A stretch of 64,000 bases of DNA. It comes from Squalus acanthias (lineage: Eukaryota). The notes beneath the pieces were generated by a model. The model saw only the letters and a list, made by a program, of their open reading frames with translations. It made no database searches and was not told where the DNA came from. Position numbers and translations under genes: made by a program. How positions within the stretch are numbered: the first letter of the stretch is position 1; the number at the start of each line of letters is the position of its first letter. Location: assembly GCA_030390025.1 (NCBI GenBank), contig CM059431.1:122514001-122578000 (forward strand), read 5' to 3'. This document shows, piece after piece, positions 35,960-49,220 of the stretch.

Positions 35960-37945
35960 TAGTGTAGTGCATGACTATTTCTTGACCCAGTGCGTTAAGG
36001 AAGGCATAAGACTTCATACTCATTTTGATCTGGTATTCATAAATGACCTAGAAAATGTATAGGAGATAGAGGTCATAGTGGCAGTAACCACAGAATGATA
36101 AATTTTAAGATGGTATGAGAATCAAAAATACCTGAGACCAGGAGACAGGTATATAATTTTGAAAGAATGCTAAAATAAGGGAATAACTAAAGCAGATAGA
36201 TTTGGGAAAGTTGTTTAACAACATTTCAGTGGAAGATAAATGGAACACCTTTAAAGGAATAAGGCTAAGCATGTAAGAAAAATATATTCCTAAAACAAAC
36301 TAACTCAGACTAAACAAATGTGATCCTAAATGGATCAATAAACAAAATAAAAATTAAATAAACAGTAAAAATGGCATGTACAAATCCTGTAGCAAGTGGC
36401 CAAATGGGATGAATACACAAAATAGCAGAAACATCTTAAAAAGATGATCAGCAAAGGAAAGAGACCTGGAAAAAGTCTAACAGCTGAAGCTATGCATAAC
36501 AGTAAAAACTTCTTTTAGCACCTCAACAGCAAGAGGGCAATCAGAGAAGAGCTGAACACAATAAAAGATGCAAACAGACTTGAAAATGAGAATAAGCATA
36601 AAGAGTAAATATCTTGAGTCTTCCAAGTATTCACAAGAAAAAACAAGAGCAGCATCCTTTCTCCAAAATCATTGGGCTGAAAACAAATACATCATCAAGG
36701 ATAGATGATGTTTATCCTACAAAGCTGAACGAGACTAAAGAAGTGATTTGGGAAGCATTGACAATCATTGGACAGTGGGGATATACCAGCAGATCAGAAA
36801 CAGGCTAATGTGGTGCCCATTATCAAAAAAGCTGACAAAACAAGAACAGGCAATTGCAATCCATCAATCTTACTTCCATTTCATGTGAAGTAATGCAATT
36901 GATTATCGGGAGTAAACCTGAGGACCACCTGTACAATAACAATCCAATGAATAGCAATTAACATGGATTTAGATGCCTGACCAACCTCCTCAACTTCTTC
37001 AAGGAAGTGAAAACCCAAGTGGACTGTGGTAAGCCTATGGTGTGGTGTACCTTGACCTTCAAAAGGCATTTGATAAAGTTTCACTTGAAAAGCAATTAAT
37101 TAAACTCAAAGGTGTGGGAATTCAGTATAAACCCTGGGAATGGATAAGAAAATGGTTGAAGGCTATGAAACAAGGAGTACCTGTTAGGGGAGCTATCATA
37201 GGTCAGGGGAACTCCTGAGTGGGGAGTCTCAGGGTACTGGGACCAGTACTGCTTCTAATTTACATAAACAACCTGGATTCACAGGAGGTACACTTAAATT
37301 ACGGCAGGGGCACAGAATGAGCGGTAGCGGATCAATGGAAAATAAAATTGGACGGAATGTATAAGGGGCAGCTGATCCACTAACACCCATTTTGCTTCCC
37401 CGCCAATGTTGAATTATACCCCCAGAAACTCAACACAAAGTGATCAAGTTTTCAGTTGATACCAATCTAGGAGGCACAGTGAAATCAAAAACGGCAGCTC
37501 AGTAATTACAGAATAGGTTGGAAAAATGTGTAAGGCAACAGAACAAATTGACAGATGAAATTTAATGCAGAGCAAAGTTAAGTGCTACACCTAGGAAGAA
37601 ATGAAATAGATGACATGCATACTCCATGAATGGTGATGAAATAACTAAGAATGAAGCTGCAAGAGATGTAGGAGTCTCAGTAGACTTGATGCTAGACATA
37701 TCTGACCAATGCAAAATGGAAAACATCAAAACCAACAGCCAAAACAGTAGAATATGTCAGAGAAGGTACTGATGAAACTTTATAATGCTCTAGTCAGACT
37801 GCACTATGAATACTGCATCCAGGTTTGGACACCAAGAAACAAGATACAATTCATTCAATGGAGGCAGTGTAAGAAAGAGCCACAAGGCTACTCCCCAGTG
37901 TTAGAGGTATGAAAAATGAATGGAAAAAAGTATGAAAAAACATGG
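35960..37945 (+). mobile_element. Old CR1 ORF2 relic (3' tail resumes near 44996-45060)
   Basis: DYFLTQCVKE..FDLVFIND, CLTNLLNFFKEV, KAFDKV and LHYEYCIQVW relics. Confidence 0.75.
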
Positions 37946-37990
37946 GGGGGTTATTTTGGCCAAAGGGTGAAAACCGGCGATAATAAATGG

Positions 37991-39632
37991 TGTAAGGGGT
38001 GACCTGCGACTCTGTGCTTAGCCTGGGTGCTAGTGCGGGGTTAGGCCTTGTTGCCTGTTCTGGTCTCCAGCCAGCCTGATAACACTAGACACCTGTGCGT
38101 GGTTCGACCCACTCGCCCTTATGGTTCTGACACTGGACTTAGGTGCGAGAGCAATAATGCAGAGAAAGACTCAGGTAGACCCGGTTGAATAGTGCGAAAT
38201 GGAAAATCTTTATTGCATATTATTCAAGATTCCGAGATACATGTCATAAGCACAGATTAACGACAGTACAATCTTACACACAGTTATGAAACTAATTTTA
38301 GGGAAACGAGGAGCGCATGACACATCGTAAAAGGGGACACACATTATAATTATCCTTAACACTTAAACCCTCCCCTAACAAACCTGTCCTAATCTAGATT
38401 TGTAGGATCGAGACTCATGCTCACCACTCGTGATAACTCGGAGAATTCCGAAACTCTGCTCGGATGTTTTTACCGCAGCACCTGACTATCCATGTGTTGG
38501 TCAGGGGTCTCTGTACCCCACTTGTTTACTCGTCTCTGCTCCGGCTAGCAGGATGGACCGTCTGCTTTCATGAAGATCTGTGTTGTCCTCGGAGTTCCGA
38601 TACTACTCAAAAAAGAGTCTTCCTGTGCCCTCACACCGGTTCGATAAAACTCGAAGAAGGGTCTTCCTAGGCAAGGAAGTGTTTATTCGACTTACAGGTG
38701 CGGCCGGGGCTTACTGACCGTGGCGATACGTATTGTCGTCTTCTTCTCTTCTCATCTCATCTCATCTCATCTCATCTCCTCTCGGGGCTTCAGTTCCAAC
38801 ACCGTTTACCTGACTTCTCGGGATGTTGCGCCCGCCTCCAGGCCTCACAGCCCAGTTCTCCACAGATCTTCACGGCAAGCCACGAGGTTGATCCTAGCGG
38901 ATCAGAGTCCAGAGCCGTCAGGCAAGAGAATAAAAGTTCAACAGCCTTCCAGCGAGTCAAAGCAGCAAGCGCAAGAAGAAGCAGAGGCAGCAGTCAGCAG
39001 AGCGATGGACGGTTGTACCTTACAGTTATAGTGCTGTAATTCCTCTTTTCCCGCCCAATCTTAATGTCTATCTTTTGTCAGGGTTTTGGCGCTCAAACTT
39101 CTTGTATAGGGTGATCTCCGTATTTAATGGGTTTCGGTGATACTTGTAACTGTCTGAGTACCCGTTAATACTTCTCCCATTGTGGAACCGGCTAGTAGTC
39201 TCCCTGGAGGGGTTTTGGGGCTTCCAAATGCTTTCTTTAACTACCCGCAAACGGCTCTCTCATCGTAGAGTTGTGGGGATTTTGCATATTAATGTCTTTG
39301 GATGGGTCCTTGATCGCTCGGTACAATAGCCCTTATTCGCACCTGGGAGACCGATTCCAGTATTTATGTATAAAATGCAAACCCATCATGTCTTGTCAAT
39401 TATCTCAAATGTGCTGAGTCCTGTACGATCTTGCACAAATGTTTATTGGAACGCCATCTTGTCTGCCCATTGAAAGTCTAGAACTTTCTGCCACGAGGCG
39501 TGGCGGCCATTTTACAGGCTGTTTGTGTCCATTTCGAAATCTGACAGCATTCTGCTGAAATAAAACTGTTTGTACGAAACTTTATGTCTCCTTCTTATTT
39601 TATAAAATCGCGATAATTTTGCGAATTCTACA
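37991..39632 (-). repeat. Solo LTR, 1642 bp, same family as 31184-32858
   Basis: Reverse-complement near copy; ATGG TSD. Confidence 0.9.
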
Positions 39633-40190
39633 ATGGGGGCAGTACTAATAGGATACGTCTGTTTGAAAGTCTTGATTTAGCACATAATTTTGGTCCTAAT
39701 GGCTCATTAGCATAATTTGAACTTGCCTGGAGGTACTAAACCAGAAACCTGCAGGTTTAGCACTCAAGTGCTGATTAGATGCAATTTTTGAAGAGCTGTA
39801 TATGTGGGCTCCTCGCACCCACTTCCACTGAAGTGGTGGAGTGCTCTGGCTGGCACACAGTGGCACAATGCAGGATGGCTCAGGGACCAAGGGAAAGGCT
39901 GCACAGGTTCTTGAATGCGGCTCTTGAGGTCCTGTTGGAGTAGGTCTCTCTGGATTGTAAAGTTTCGCAATTATCGCGATTCGAAATAACGAGATAGAAG
40001 CAGACTCGTTTGATCAGTTTATTTAAACAAAATGCTGTCATGATTAAACAGGACACAGAAGCCTGTAAAATGGCCACCACGCATCGTGGCAGAAGTTTCC
40101 AGAAGTACAGTGGGCAGACAAGATGGCGTTCGAATAAACATTTTCGATAAGCACTGATAAAGACAGGATGCAACCTGTTTGCATTTGTGA

Positions 40191-43100
40191 CAATGGCTCA
40201 AAGACTGGTGTGGGAAAAATGGGTTTTGCTTCTTGGGACACTGGCACCAGTACTGGGGCAGGAGAGAGCTGTTCCGTTGGGACGGACTTCACTTGGCCAG
40301 TGCTGGGACTAGTGTCCTGGCGAATCGAATAACTAGGGCTGTGGAGAGGGCTTTAAACTAATTAGTGGGGGGGAGGTTTCAAGAGAGCAAAAAATAAAAA
40401 TGACAACAGAGAGGGTCATAGACATAGGTAGCAGTAGGAGAATCACAAATCAGAGCGTGGCAGGAAGGGACAGAGTGTGTGGAGTAAAAGGTAAAGTGGT
40501 AAAAAGTAAAAAAGCTGGAACTAAGTGCCACAAAGCATATTTGAAAGTTCTCTATCTGAATGCACGTAGCATTCGTAACAAAATAGACGAGTTAATGGCA
40601 CAAATAACTACATATGGTTATGATATTGTGGCCATTACAGAAACATGGCTGCAGGGTGACAATGCCTGGGAATTAAACATACCAGGTTATTTAACGATCA
40701 GGAAGGACAGGCAGGAAGGAAGGGGAGGTGGGGTGGCTATGTTAATAAAGGAAGGAATCACTGTAATACAGAGTAATGATATTGGGTCAAAAAATCATGA
40801 TAATGAAACAGTTTGGGTGGAGATAAGGAATAATAAGGGGAAAAAAACACTAGTGGGCGTAGTCTATAGGCCTCCGAACAGTTGCAACTCTGTTGGACGG
40901 AGTATCAATCAGGAAATAGTTGAGGCATGTAATAAGGGAACATCTATAATTATGGGGGATTTTAACTATCATATTAATTGGACAAATCAAATGGGGCAGG
41001 GCTGCCTTGAGGATGAGTTCATTGAGTGTATTAGGGATGGGTTTCTTGAGCAGTATGTAACTGAACCGACCAGGGGGCAAGCAACCTTAGATCTGGTCCT
41101 GTGTAACGAGACAGGATTAATTAAAAATGTCCTAGTAAAGGATCCCCTTGGAATGAGTGACCATAACATGGTTGAATTCCATATTCAATTAGAGGGTGAG
41201 AAGGTTGGATCTCAAACAAGCGTGCTAAGCTTGAATAAAGGAGACTATGAAGGTATGCGAGCGGAATTGAGTAGAGTGGATTGGGAAAATAGATTAAAGG
41301 GTAAGACGACACATGATCAGTGGTGTACATTCAAGGAGTTATTTTACAACTTCCAAAAAATATATATTCCACTGAAAAGAAAAGGGTGTAAAAGAAAGGA
41401 CAGTCATCCGTGGCTAAGTAAAGAAATTAACGATAGTATTCGACTAAAAACAAGGGCATATAAGGTAGCGAAATCTAGTGGGAGGACAGAGGATTGGGAA
41501 AACTTTAAAAGGCAGCAAAAAATAACAAAAAGATTGATTAAGAAAGGGAAGATAGACTATGAAAGTAAATTAGCAAAAAATATAAAAACAGATAGTAAGA
41601 GTTTTTATAGTTATATAAAAAGAAAAAGGGTGGCTAAAGTAAATGTTGGTCCCTTAGAGGATGAGACCGGGAAATTAATGGTGGGAAATATGGAGATGGC
41701 AAAAACACTGAATGAATATTTTGTATCAGTCTTTACAGTAGAGGACACTAAGAATATCCCAACACTGGACAAACAGGGGGCTATAGGGGGAGAGGAGCTA
41801 AACACGATCAAAATCACTAAGGAAGTGGTACTCGGTAAAATAATGGGACTCAAGGCGGATAAATCACCTGGACCTGATGGCTTACATCCTAGAGTCTTGA
41901 AGGAAGTGGCGGTAGGGATTGTAGATGCATTGGTAATAATTTTTCAAAACTCCCTGGATTCCGCTAAGGTCCCGGCAGACTGGAAAACTGCTAATGTAAC
42001 ACCCTTATTTAAAAAGGGCAGTAGACAGAAGGCTGGTAACTATAGACCGGTTAGCCTAACATCTGTGGTAGGTAAAATTTTGGAGTCCATTATTAAGGAA
42101 ACAGTAACAGGACATTTGGATAATCATAATTTAATAGGACAAAGTCAGCATGGTTTTACGAAGGGGAAGTCATGTTTGACAAATTTGCTGGAGTTCTTTG
42201 AGGAAGTAACATATAGAGTGGATAAAGGGGAACCAGTGGACGTAGTGTATTTAGACTTCCAAAAGGCATTTGACAAGGTGCCACACAAAAGATTATTGCT
42301 TAAGGTAAAAAATCACGGGATTGGGGGTAATATTCTGGCATGGATAGAGGATTGGCTATCTAACAGAAAGCAAAGAGTTGGGATAAATGGTTCATTCTCA
42401 GACTGGCAATCAGTAACTAGCGGTGTTCCACAGGGGTCAGTGCTGGGTCCCCAACTCTTTACAATCTATATTAACGATTTAGAGGAAGGGACCAAGTGTA
42501 ACATATCAAAATTTGCAGATGATACAAAGATGGGAGGGAAAGTAGTGAGTGAGGAGGACATAAAAAACCTGCAAGGGGACATAGACAGGCTAAGTAAGTG
42601 GGCAGAGATTTGGCAGATGGAATACAACACTGGAAAGTGTGAGGTGATGCACTTTGGCAGGAAAAATAGTAGAGCAATTTATTATCTTAATGGCAAGAAA
42701 CTGGAGAGTACTGAAGTGCAAAGGGATCTGGGGGTCCTGGTGCACGAAACTCAAAAGGTTAGTATGCAGGTGCAGCAAGTGATTAAGAAGGCAAATGGAA
42801 TGTTGGCTTTCATTGCTAGGGGGATAGAATATAAAAATAGGGAGGTATTGCTTCAGTTGTACAAGGTATTGGTGAGACCGCACCTGGAATACTGCATACA
42901 GTTTTGGTGTCCTTACTTAAGGAAAGACATCCTTGCTCTCGAGGCAGTGCAAAAAAGGTTCACTCGGTTAATCCCGGGGATGAGGGGGTGGTCATATGAG
43001 GAGAGGTTGGGTAGATTGGGACTCTACTCATTGGAGTTCAGAAGAATGAGAGGCGATCTTATTGAAACATATAAGATTGTGAAGGGGTTGGATCGGGTGG

Positions 43101-43589
43101 ATGCGGGGAGGATGTTCCCGATGATGGGTGAGACTAGAACTAGGGGACATAGTCTTAGAATAAGGGGCTGCTCTTTCAAAACTGAGATGAGGAGGAACTA
43201 CTTCACTCAGAGGGTGGTAGGTCCATGGAATATGCTGCCACAAAAAGCTGTAGAAGCTACATCATTAAATAAATTTAAAACAGAAATAGACAGTTTCCTA
43301 GAAGTAAAGGGCATTAAGGGTTACGGGGAGCGGGCAGGAATTTGGACATGAGTCTAGGTTCGGATCGGTCATGGCCCTGTGGGTAGTGGAGCGGGCCCAG
43401 GGACCTTGTAGCCTGATTCTGCTCCTATTTCGTGTGTGCAATTCTGTTAGATGCAGGAGATGGTTCTGTGATAGATAGTAGATTGGCGGTTAGGATCAGA
43501 TCAGCCATGATCTTATTGAATGGCGGAGCTGGCTCGAGGGGCCGATTGGCCTACTCCTGCTCCTATTTCTTATGTTCTTATGTTCTTAT
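40191..43589 (+). mobile_element. Young 5'-truncated CR1 LINE
   Basis: ORF1 esterase C-terminus (WLKDWC..WDGLHL), intact ORF2, (TTCTTATG)n tail. Confidence 0.95.
40400..43351 (+). CDS. CR1 ORF2: APE endonuclease + reverse transcriptase, 983 aa, uninterrupted
   Basis: [56 protein letters not shown]. Confidence 0.96.
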   Translation: MTTERVIDIGSSRRITNQSVAGRDRVCGVKGKVVKSKKAGTKCHKAYLKVLYLNARSIRNKIDELMAQITTYGYDIVAITETWLQGDNAWELNIPGYLTIRKDRQEGRGGGVAMLIKEGITVIQSNDIGSKNHDNETVWVEIRNNKGKKTLVGVVYRPPNSCNSVGRSINQEIVEACNKGTSIIMGDFNYHINWTNQMGQGCLEDEFIECIRDGFLEQYVTEPTRGQATLDLVLCNETGLIKNVLVKDPLGMSDHNMVEFHIQLEGEKVGSQTSVLSLNKGDYEGMRAELSRVDWENRLKGKTTHDQWCTFKELFYNFQKIYIPLKRKGCKRKDSHPWLSKEINDSIRLKTRAYKVAKSSGRTEDWENFKRQQKITKRLIKKGKIDYESKLAKNIKTDSKSFYSYIKRKRVAKVNVGPLEDETGKLMVGNMEMAKTLNEYFVSVFTVEDTKNIPTLDKQGAIGGEELNTIKITKEVVLGKIMGLKADKSPGPDGLHPRVLKEVAVGIVDALVIIFQNSLDSAKVPADWKTANVTPLFKKGSRQKAGNYRPVSLTSVVGKILESIIKETVTGHLDNHNLIGQSQHGFTKGKSCLTNLLEFFEEVTYRVDKGEPVDVVYLDFQKAFDKVPHKRLLLKVKNHGIGGNILAWIEDWLSNRKQRVGINGSFSDWQSVTSGVPQGSVLGPQLFTIYINDLEEGTKCNISKFADDTKMGGKVVSEEDIKNLQGDIDRLSKWAEIWQMEYNTGKCEVMHFGRKNSRAIYYLNGKKLESTEVQRDLGVLVHETQKVSMQVQQVIKKANGMLAFIARGIEYKNREVLLQLYKVLVRPHLEYCIQFWCPYLRKDILALEAVQKRFTRLIPGMRGWSYEERLGRLGLYSLEFRRMRGDLIETYKIVKGLDRVDAGRMFPMMGETRTRGHSLRIRGCSFKTEMRRNYFTQRVVGPWNMLPQKAVEATSLNKFKTEIDSFLEVKGIKGYGERAGIWT

Positions 43590-46500
43590 ATGAGTGCTGG
43601 AATCGTTTTCCATGTACAAGTAAGGACCATTGTACTGGGCAATCGAAGGCCCATCCAGACACATCAATACGCAAATACCCCCACGGCTCTACAATGAGAG
43701 AGCCATTTTCGGGTGATTAAACAAGGATTCGGGGGCCCCCAAAACCCAGCCAGGGAGGCTCCGAGCCGGGTCAACAATGGGGAAAACATTAACGGGTAGT
43801 TGGCCAGTCTCAGGTGCTACCGAAACCTGTTAAAGACAAGAATCACCCCATGCTGGGAGTTTTGAGCGCCAATATTTCACAAAGGACATACATTAAGATT
43901 TGAGCGGGAGATAAGGGAACACAGCACGATAACTATAGACAACAAATGTCCATCGCGCTCTTATTCTCTTATCTCGGCTGATGCTCTTGATTCGACTCTT
44001 ATTCGCTTGTTTCGTGCTCTTGTTTCTCTGGACTGTTGACTCTGGACTTTTAGCCGCACTGGACGGTTATTCGAATGTTGGGTGGAGCTCAAACGGAACG
44101 AGCCGCCTCGACGAAGGCCGGTGACCGGGTGCACCATCCCGAGGGTCGGTAAACGGTGTCTGGACCCGAAGGCCCGAAGAAAAAGAGACGAGACGAGACG
44201 AGAAGAAGAGGAGAAGAATCCACGTGCCGCCGCGGTCAGTAAACCCCGACCGCGCCCGAAAATATACGACCCATTTCTTGAACTCTACAGGTTACTGCAC
44301 GAACTGGTCAAAGACTCTTCTTTGAATTCTACCGGCAACCAGTGTCGGACACAGGAAGAATCTTCTTCGAACCGGGCCCGAGTGCTGTCGAGTTCTTCAT
44401 GACAACAGGGAGCCCGGCCTGCTTGTTGCAGCAGCGAAAATAAACAAGTGGGGTACAGAGACCCCTCCAAACACGTGACAGTCAGGCGCTGCAGCGAAAC
44501 GAGCCGAGTGCCTCACTTTAAAATTCTCCGAAGTATCACGAGTGGTGAGCATGTATCCTGATCCTACAAATCTAGATGTAGTGTAGGTATTGATAGGGGA
44601 GGGTGGTTTTATTAAGGATAAAGTATAATGTGTTCCCCTTTTTACGATGTGCCGTGTGTTCTTCATTACCATAGACCAAGCTTTATGAATGTATGTATAC
44701 TTGTACTCTCGTTAACTTGCGCCTATGACATGTACTTCATGATTTTGGACGCTATGCAGTAAAGATTTCCATTTCGTACTATTCAACCGGGTCTATTTTG
44801 AGTTTTTCTCTGCATTACTGCTCTCGCACCTAAGTCCAGTGTTAGAACCGTAAGGGCGAGTGGGTCGAACCACTCACAGGTGCTTATTGCAACAAGGCTG
44901 GCCGGAGACCAGAGCAAGCAATAGTATTAGGCAATGAAGGCCTAACCCCGCACCAGCACCATCTGCGATACAAGCACGACACAAAACCCCTTACAGGATG
45001 GATGAATCAAGATGGGCCGAATGGCCTTCCTTATCAATAATTGTCATGAGATCCCATGAAGAGAATGAGAGGGAACAACACTGAATCATAGCTCTGAGCA
45101 GGGTATAAAACAAAGTCAGAGAAACATGGAACAGTAGTTTAGCAAATGGCCATAGGTAAAAGAAAGGTGCGATATACTGATATATAACAACGCATATGCG
45201 GAACTATGGGTATTCTATATTTGAATAATAGCAGGAAGTTGGGAAATTAGAATACTGCAGTTAATTCCCCAGTTAGTAATGTCTGCCCTTAATATGGTTT
45301 CTATGAACCTCATATTTTGATAAAAATGGTGCATTTTTATAACAAATGCTACTTATGTTCCAATGATAAACCCATGGCTTCTTCAATCCAGTGATCACAA
45401 TTCAGAATAAGCTGTAAAGGAGAAGCAAACAAGTTTTCTCAATTGCTAGATTTGTCCATTCACTGGGAAAGGTTTATTTTGGATAAGGTTGTGATTTCAA
45501 TTTCTGTCAGCATTGTTACCTTTTTGACAAAGGTAGATTTTCAACTAGCCATCCAGACATAAAACTGCTGTTGCAGATCAGCCACCCATTATAGAAACCA
45601 CATGATTTTCATTCTCATTGAAATTGTGCAGTTTTTGCTAGGAATATGTTTTTTAGAAGCTGGGCACCACCACTATGTCTAGATAGCCAACCCTCCATGG
45701 CCAGTCCACCACACGCTACAACCAAGCTTCAAGCCCTAATATCTAGACAGTCAGGGTAGGAGTGGGACATGCCGGTCATGGTTGTATTGGTAGCGGCACA
45801 AGGGGAGGTAAGTACTTAAAAGGGTTTACCCAGCATTCCCTGGGGAAACCTATATGATATTTATATAGTGCTCCAACGCATGGGGACCCTTATCCAACTG
45901 CGCCCCTCACACCAGGACACCTCCAGTGCTACCATCCCCTGATAACTCTATACCACTCCTAACAAACTGTGCTATCCTCATCTCAGTGTTTCTAAACACC
46001 CCAATCACTGCTCGTAATGCTCTTATATCCCACAATCTCCCATATATTCCAGACCTTTGCACCCCACCCCTCCATTCCTGGCCAATGCTTTCACACCCCA
46101 TGACTCTGTTGTAAAATCCTCCCAACACTTGCCACCCACACAGCCACTAAACTGCCCAACATTGCTGCATGTAGCTACTATAACCTACCTCCTGCATACC
46201 TGTAACAGTGGGCTTTAAACTAAGTTGAGATAAAATTAACTACAGAGTTAAATGAACATTTAATAATCATCATTAATTTGTAGATCCCATGCAAATATTC
46301 ACAGTATTATACAGTTTTGGCCTGGAAATATCATGAACACATTTACAATAATCTGTAATAAAAATGCAACTTCACTTCTTCAATTATAATAAATCAGTGG
46401 TCCTGATAACTGTGGCTGCAGTATATGCTATCTACAGGATGCACTGCACCAACTCACCAAGGTTACTTTGACATCGCCTCCCTGCCTATAACTTCCACCA

Positions 46501-46844
46501 CCAAGAAGGACATGAACAGCAATGTCATGGGAACACCATCAATTCCAAGTTCCCTTCTGAGTCATACATTATCCTGACTTGGAGATATATCACTGTTCCT
46601 TCATCATTGCGGGGTCAATATCATAAAATGTCCTACCTAATAACATTCTGGAAACAAAATTTGCTAAAGGACTACAGCAGTTTAAGGAGTAGGCCTTCAC
46701 CTGCCACCTTCACAGTACAGCTAGGAATGGATAATAATCACGGCCTTGCCAATGTTACCTATACTCTGAAAATAAATTTTAAAAATCTACAGAACAGTGT
46801 ATCCTTAGACTCAACATGAGCAACACTATGAGAGATCTCTTTTT

Positions 46845-46992
46845 TTTTAAATGCATTTACGGGATTTATTGCCCATCCCTAATTGCCCTTGAGAAGGTGG
46901 TGTTGAGCCATTATTTCAGAGGGCAGTTCAAAGTCAACCACATTGCTGTGGGTCTGGAGTCACATCTAGGCGAGACCGGGTAAGGACGGCAG
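46845..46992 (-). mobile_element. SINE fragment
   Basis: Reverse-complement similarity to 56020-56280. Confidence 0.6.
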
Positions 46993-48520
46993 AAAGAGGA
47001 ACTGAAAGAAATGAGTATTAGTAAAAAAATAGTACTGGAGAAATTAATGGGACTGAAAGCTGATAAATCCCCTGGACCTGATGGCCTACATGCTAGGGTT
47101 TTGAAAGAAGTGGCCATAGAAATAGTGGATGCATTGGTTGTCATTTTCCCAAATTCCATAGATTTAGAACGGCTCCCACAGATTGGAAGGTAGCAAATGT
47201 AAGCCCACTATTTAAGAAAGGAGGGAGAGAGAAAACGGGGAACTACAGACCAGTTAGCCTGATATCAGTAGTAGGGAAAATGCTAGAATCTATTATTAAG
47301 GACGTAGTAACAGGGCACTTAGAAAATAATAATAGGATTGGGTAGAGTTAACACGGATTTATGAAAGGGAAATCGTGTTTGACGAATCTGTTAGAGTTTG
47401 TTGAAGTTGTAACTAGCAGAATAGATAAGGGGGAACCAGTGGATGTGGTGTATTTGGATTTTCAGAAGGCATTCGATAAGGTGCCACACAAGAGGTTATT
47501 AAACAAAATTAGGGTTCATGGGATTGGGGGTAATATACTAGCATGGATTGAGGATTGGTTAACTGACAGAAAACAGAGAGTAGGAATAAATGGGTAATTT
47601 TCGGGTTGGCAGGCTATAACTAGTGGGCTACGACAAGGTTCAGTGCTTGGGCCTCAGCTATTCACAATCTACATCAATGATTTGGATGAGGGGACCAAAT
47701 GTAATATATCCAAGTTTGCTGATGATACAAAGCTGGGTGGGAATATAAGTTGTGAGGAGGACGCAAGGAGGATAAAGACAGGCTAAGTGAGTGGGCAAGA
47801 ACATGGCAAATGGAATATAATGTGGAGAAATGTGAAGTTATCCACTTTGGTAGGAAAAATCAAAAAGCAGAGTATTTTTTAAATGGTGAGAGATTGGAAA
47901 ATGTTGGTGTTCAGAGGGACCTGGGTGTCCTTGTACACAAATCACTGAGAGTTAACATGCAGGTACAGCAAGCAATTAGGAAAGGAAATGGTATGCTGGC
48001 CTTAGAGGATTTGAGTGTAAGAGTAAAGATGTCTTACTGCAATTATATAGGGCCCTGGTGAGACCACACCTGGAGTATTGTGTACAGTTTTGGTCTCCTT
48101 ACCGAAGGAAGGATATACTTGCCATAGAGGGAGTGCAACGAAGCTTCACCAGACTGATTCCTGGGATAGGGGGATTGTCCTATGAGGAGAGATTGAATAG
48201 ACTAGGCCTATATTATCTGGAGTTTAGAAGAATGAGAGGTGATGTCATTGAAACATACAAAATTCTTACAGGGCTTGACAAGGTAGATACAGGGAGGATG
48301 TTTCCCCTGGCTGGGGAGTCCAGAACCAGGGGTCACAGTCTCAGAATAAGGGGTCGGCCATTTAGGGCTGAGATGAGGAGAAATTTCTTCACTCATAGGG
48401 TGGTGAATACTTGGAATTCTCTACCCAACAGGACTGTGGAGGCTCAGTTGTTGAGTATATTCAAGACAGAGATCGATAGATTTTTGGATATTAAGGGAAT
48501 CAAGGGATATGGGGATATTG
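46993..48520 (+). mobile_element. 5'-truncated CR1 ORF2 (RT) with stops and frameshifts
   Basis: KSPGPDGLH, YLDFQKAFDKVPH, RPHLEYCVQFWSP. Confidence 0.92.
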
Positions 48521-49039
48521 CTTTCTGCTACAGTAGCACCACCTGAAATATGGAGACCATTGAGTATTTGCACTTCTTGTCTTCCATTTCCAATTTTAAT
48601 GAGTGTTTCTTAAAGTTGTAGTCTTGACCTTGATCCCTTCATTCTGAATTAAAGAATTTAATCACTTCCAGAAGGGAAAAAAAACCATAAAACTCCAAAG
48701 AAGTAACTAACCCACTAATTAGTATATAACATCTTTTATTTTACCAGCCAAGAACAACTATAATTAAACTTGCAGAACACTAGAAAACAGGATCTTCACA
48801 AAGTTATCTACAGTTCCACTTTCTGTAGGCTGCCTGACAAGACCGGATCAAATTACACATTGCAGGGTTGTCTGTAGCAGGCAGGATCAAATTACACATT
48901 CCAGACATACTGTTGAGTGTGTCCTGTCCTCCAAGGGCACCAATCAGAAATTTGCTCCAATGCACTTGTGTTGCAAATAAAAAGCAGCCATAGGTTTTAA
49001 ACCATACTTTGTATCTTCCTTTACATGTCCTCAATAATT

Positions 49040-49220
49040 AGGGTAATATTCTGACGTTGTGTTTGCAGTGGGAAGCTTCGCCTCCCCCCACAAGAGCGCA
49101 GATGGGAAATTTTGGTACTAGCTAAGCCCAACTTTCCAACCGTCATTTTAACTGGTTGGAAATTGTGTGCAGCACATGCTGGAATTTCTAATATTTGCTT
49201 TCACTGGGCAAGGCACCAAA
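49040..49220. repeat. Short MITE-like repeat, partial copy
   Basis: Near-identical to 55370-55548. Confidence 0.7.

Larger units (their letters stand above)
39956..44995 (+). repeat. Diverged solo LTR split by a CR1 insertion (LTR parts about 39956-40190 and 43590-44995)
   Basis: TGTAAAG...CCCCTTACA; GGAT TSD; collinear with 31184-32858. Confidence 0.88.

Noticed and set aside
31184..39632. LTR pair flanking a provirus
   Set aside because: The LTRs are inverted and each has its own TSD, so they are independent solo LTRs
48845..48900. 17-bp direct repeat GGATCAAATTACACATT
   Set aside because: Two copies only; most simply a small local duplication
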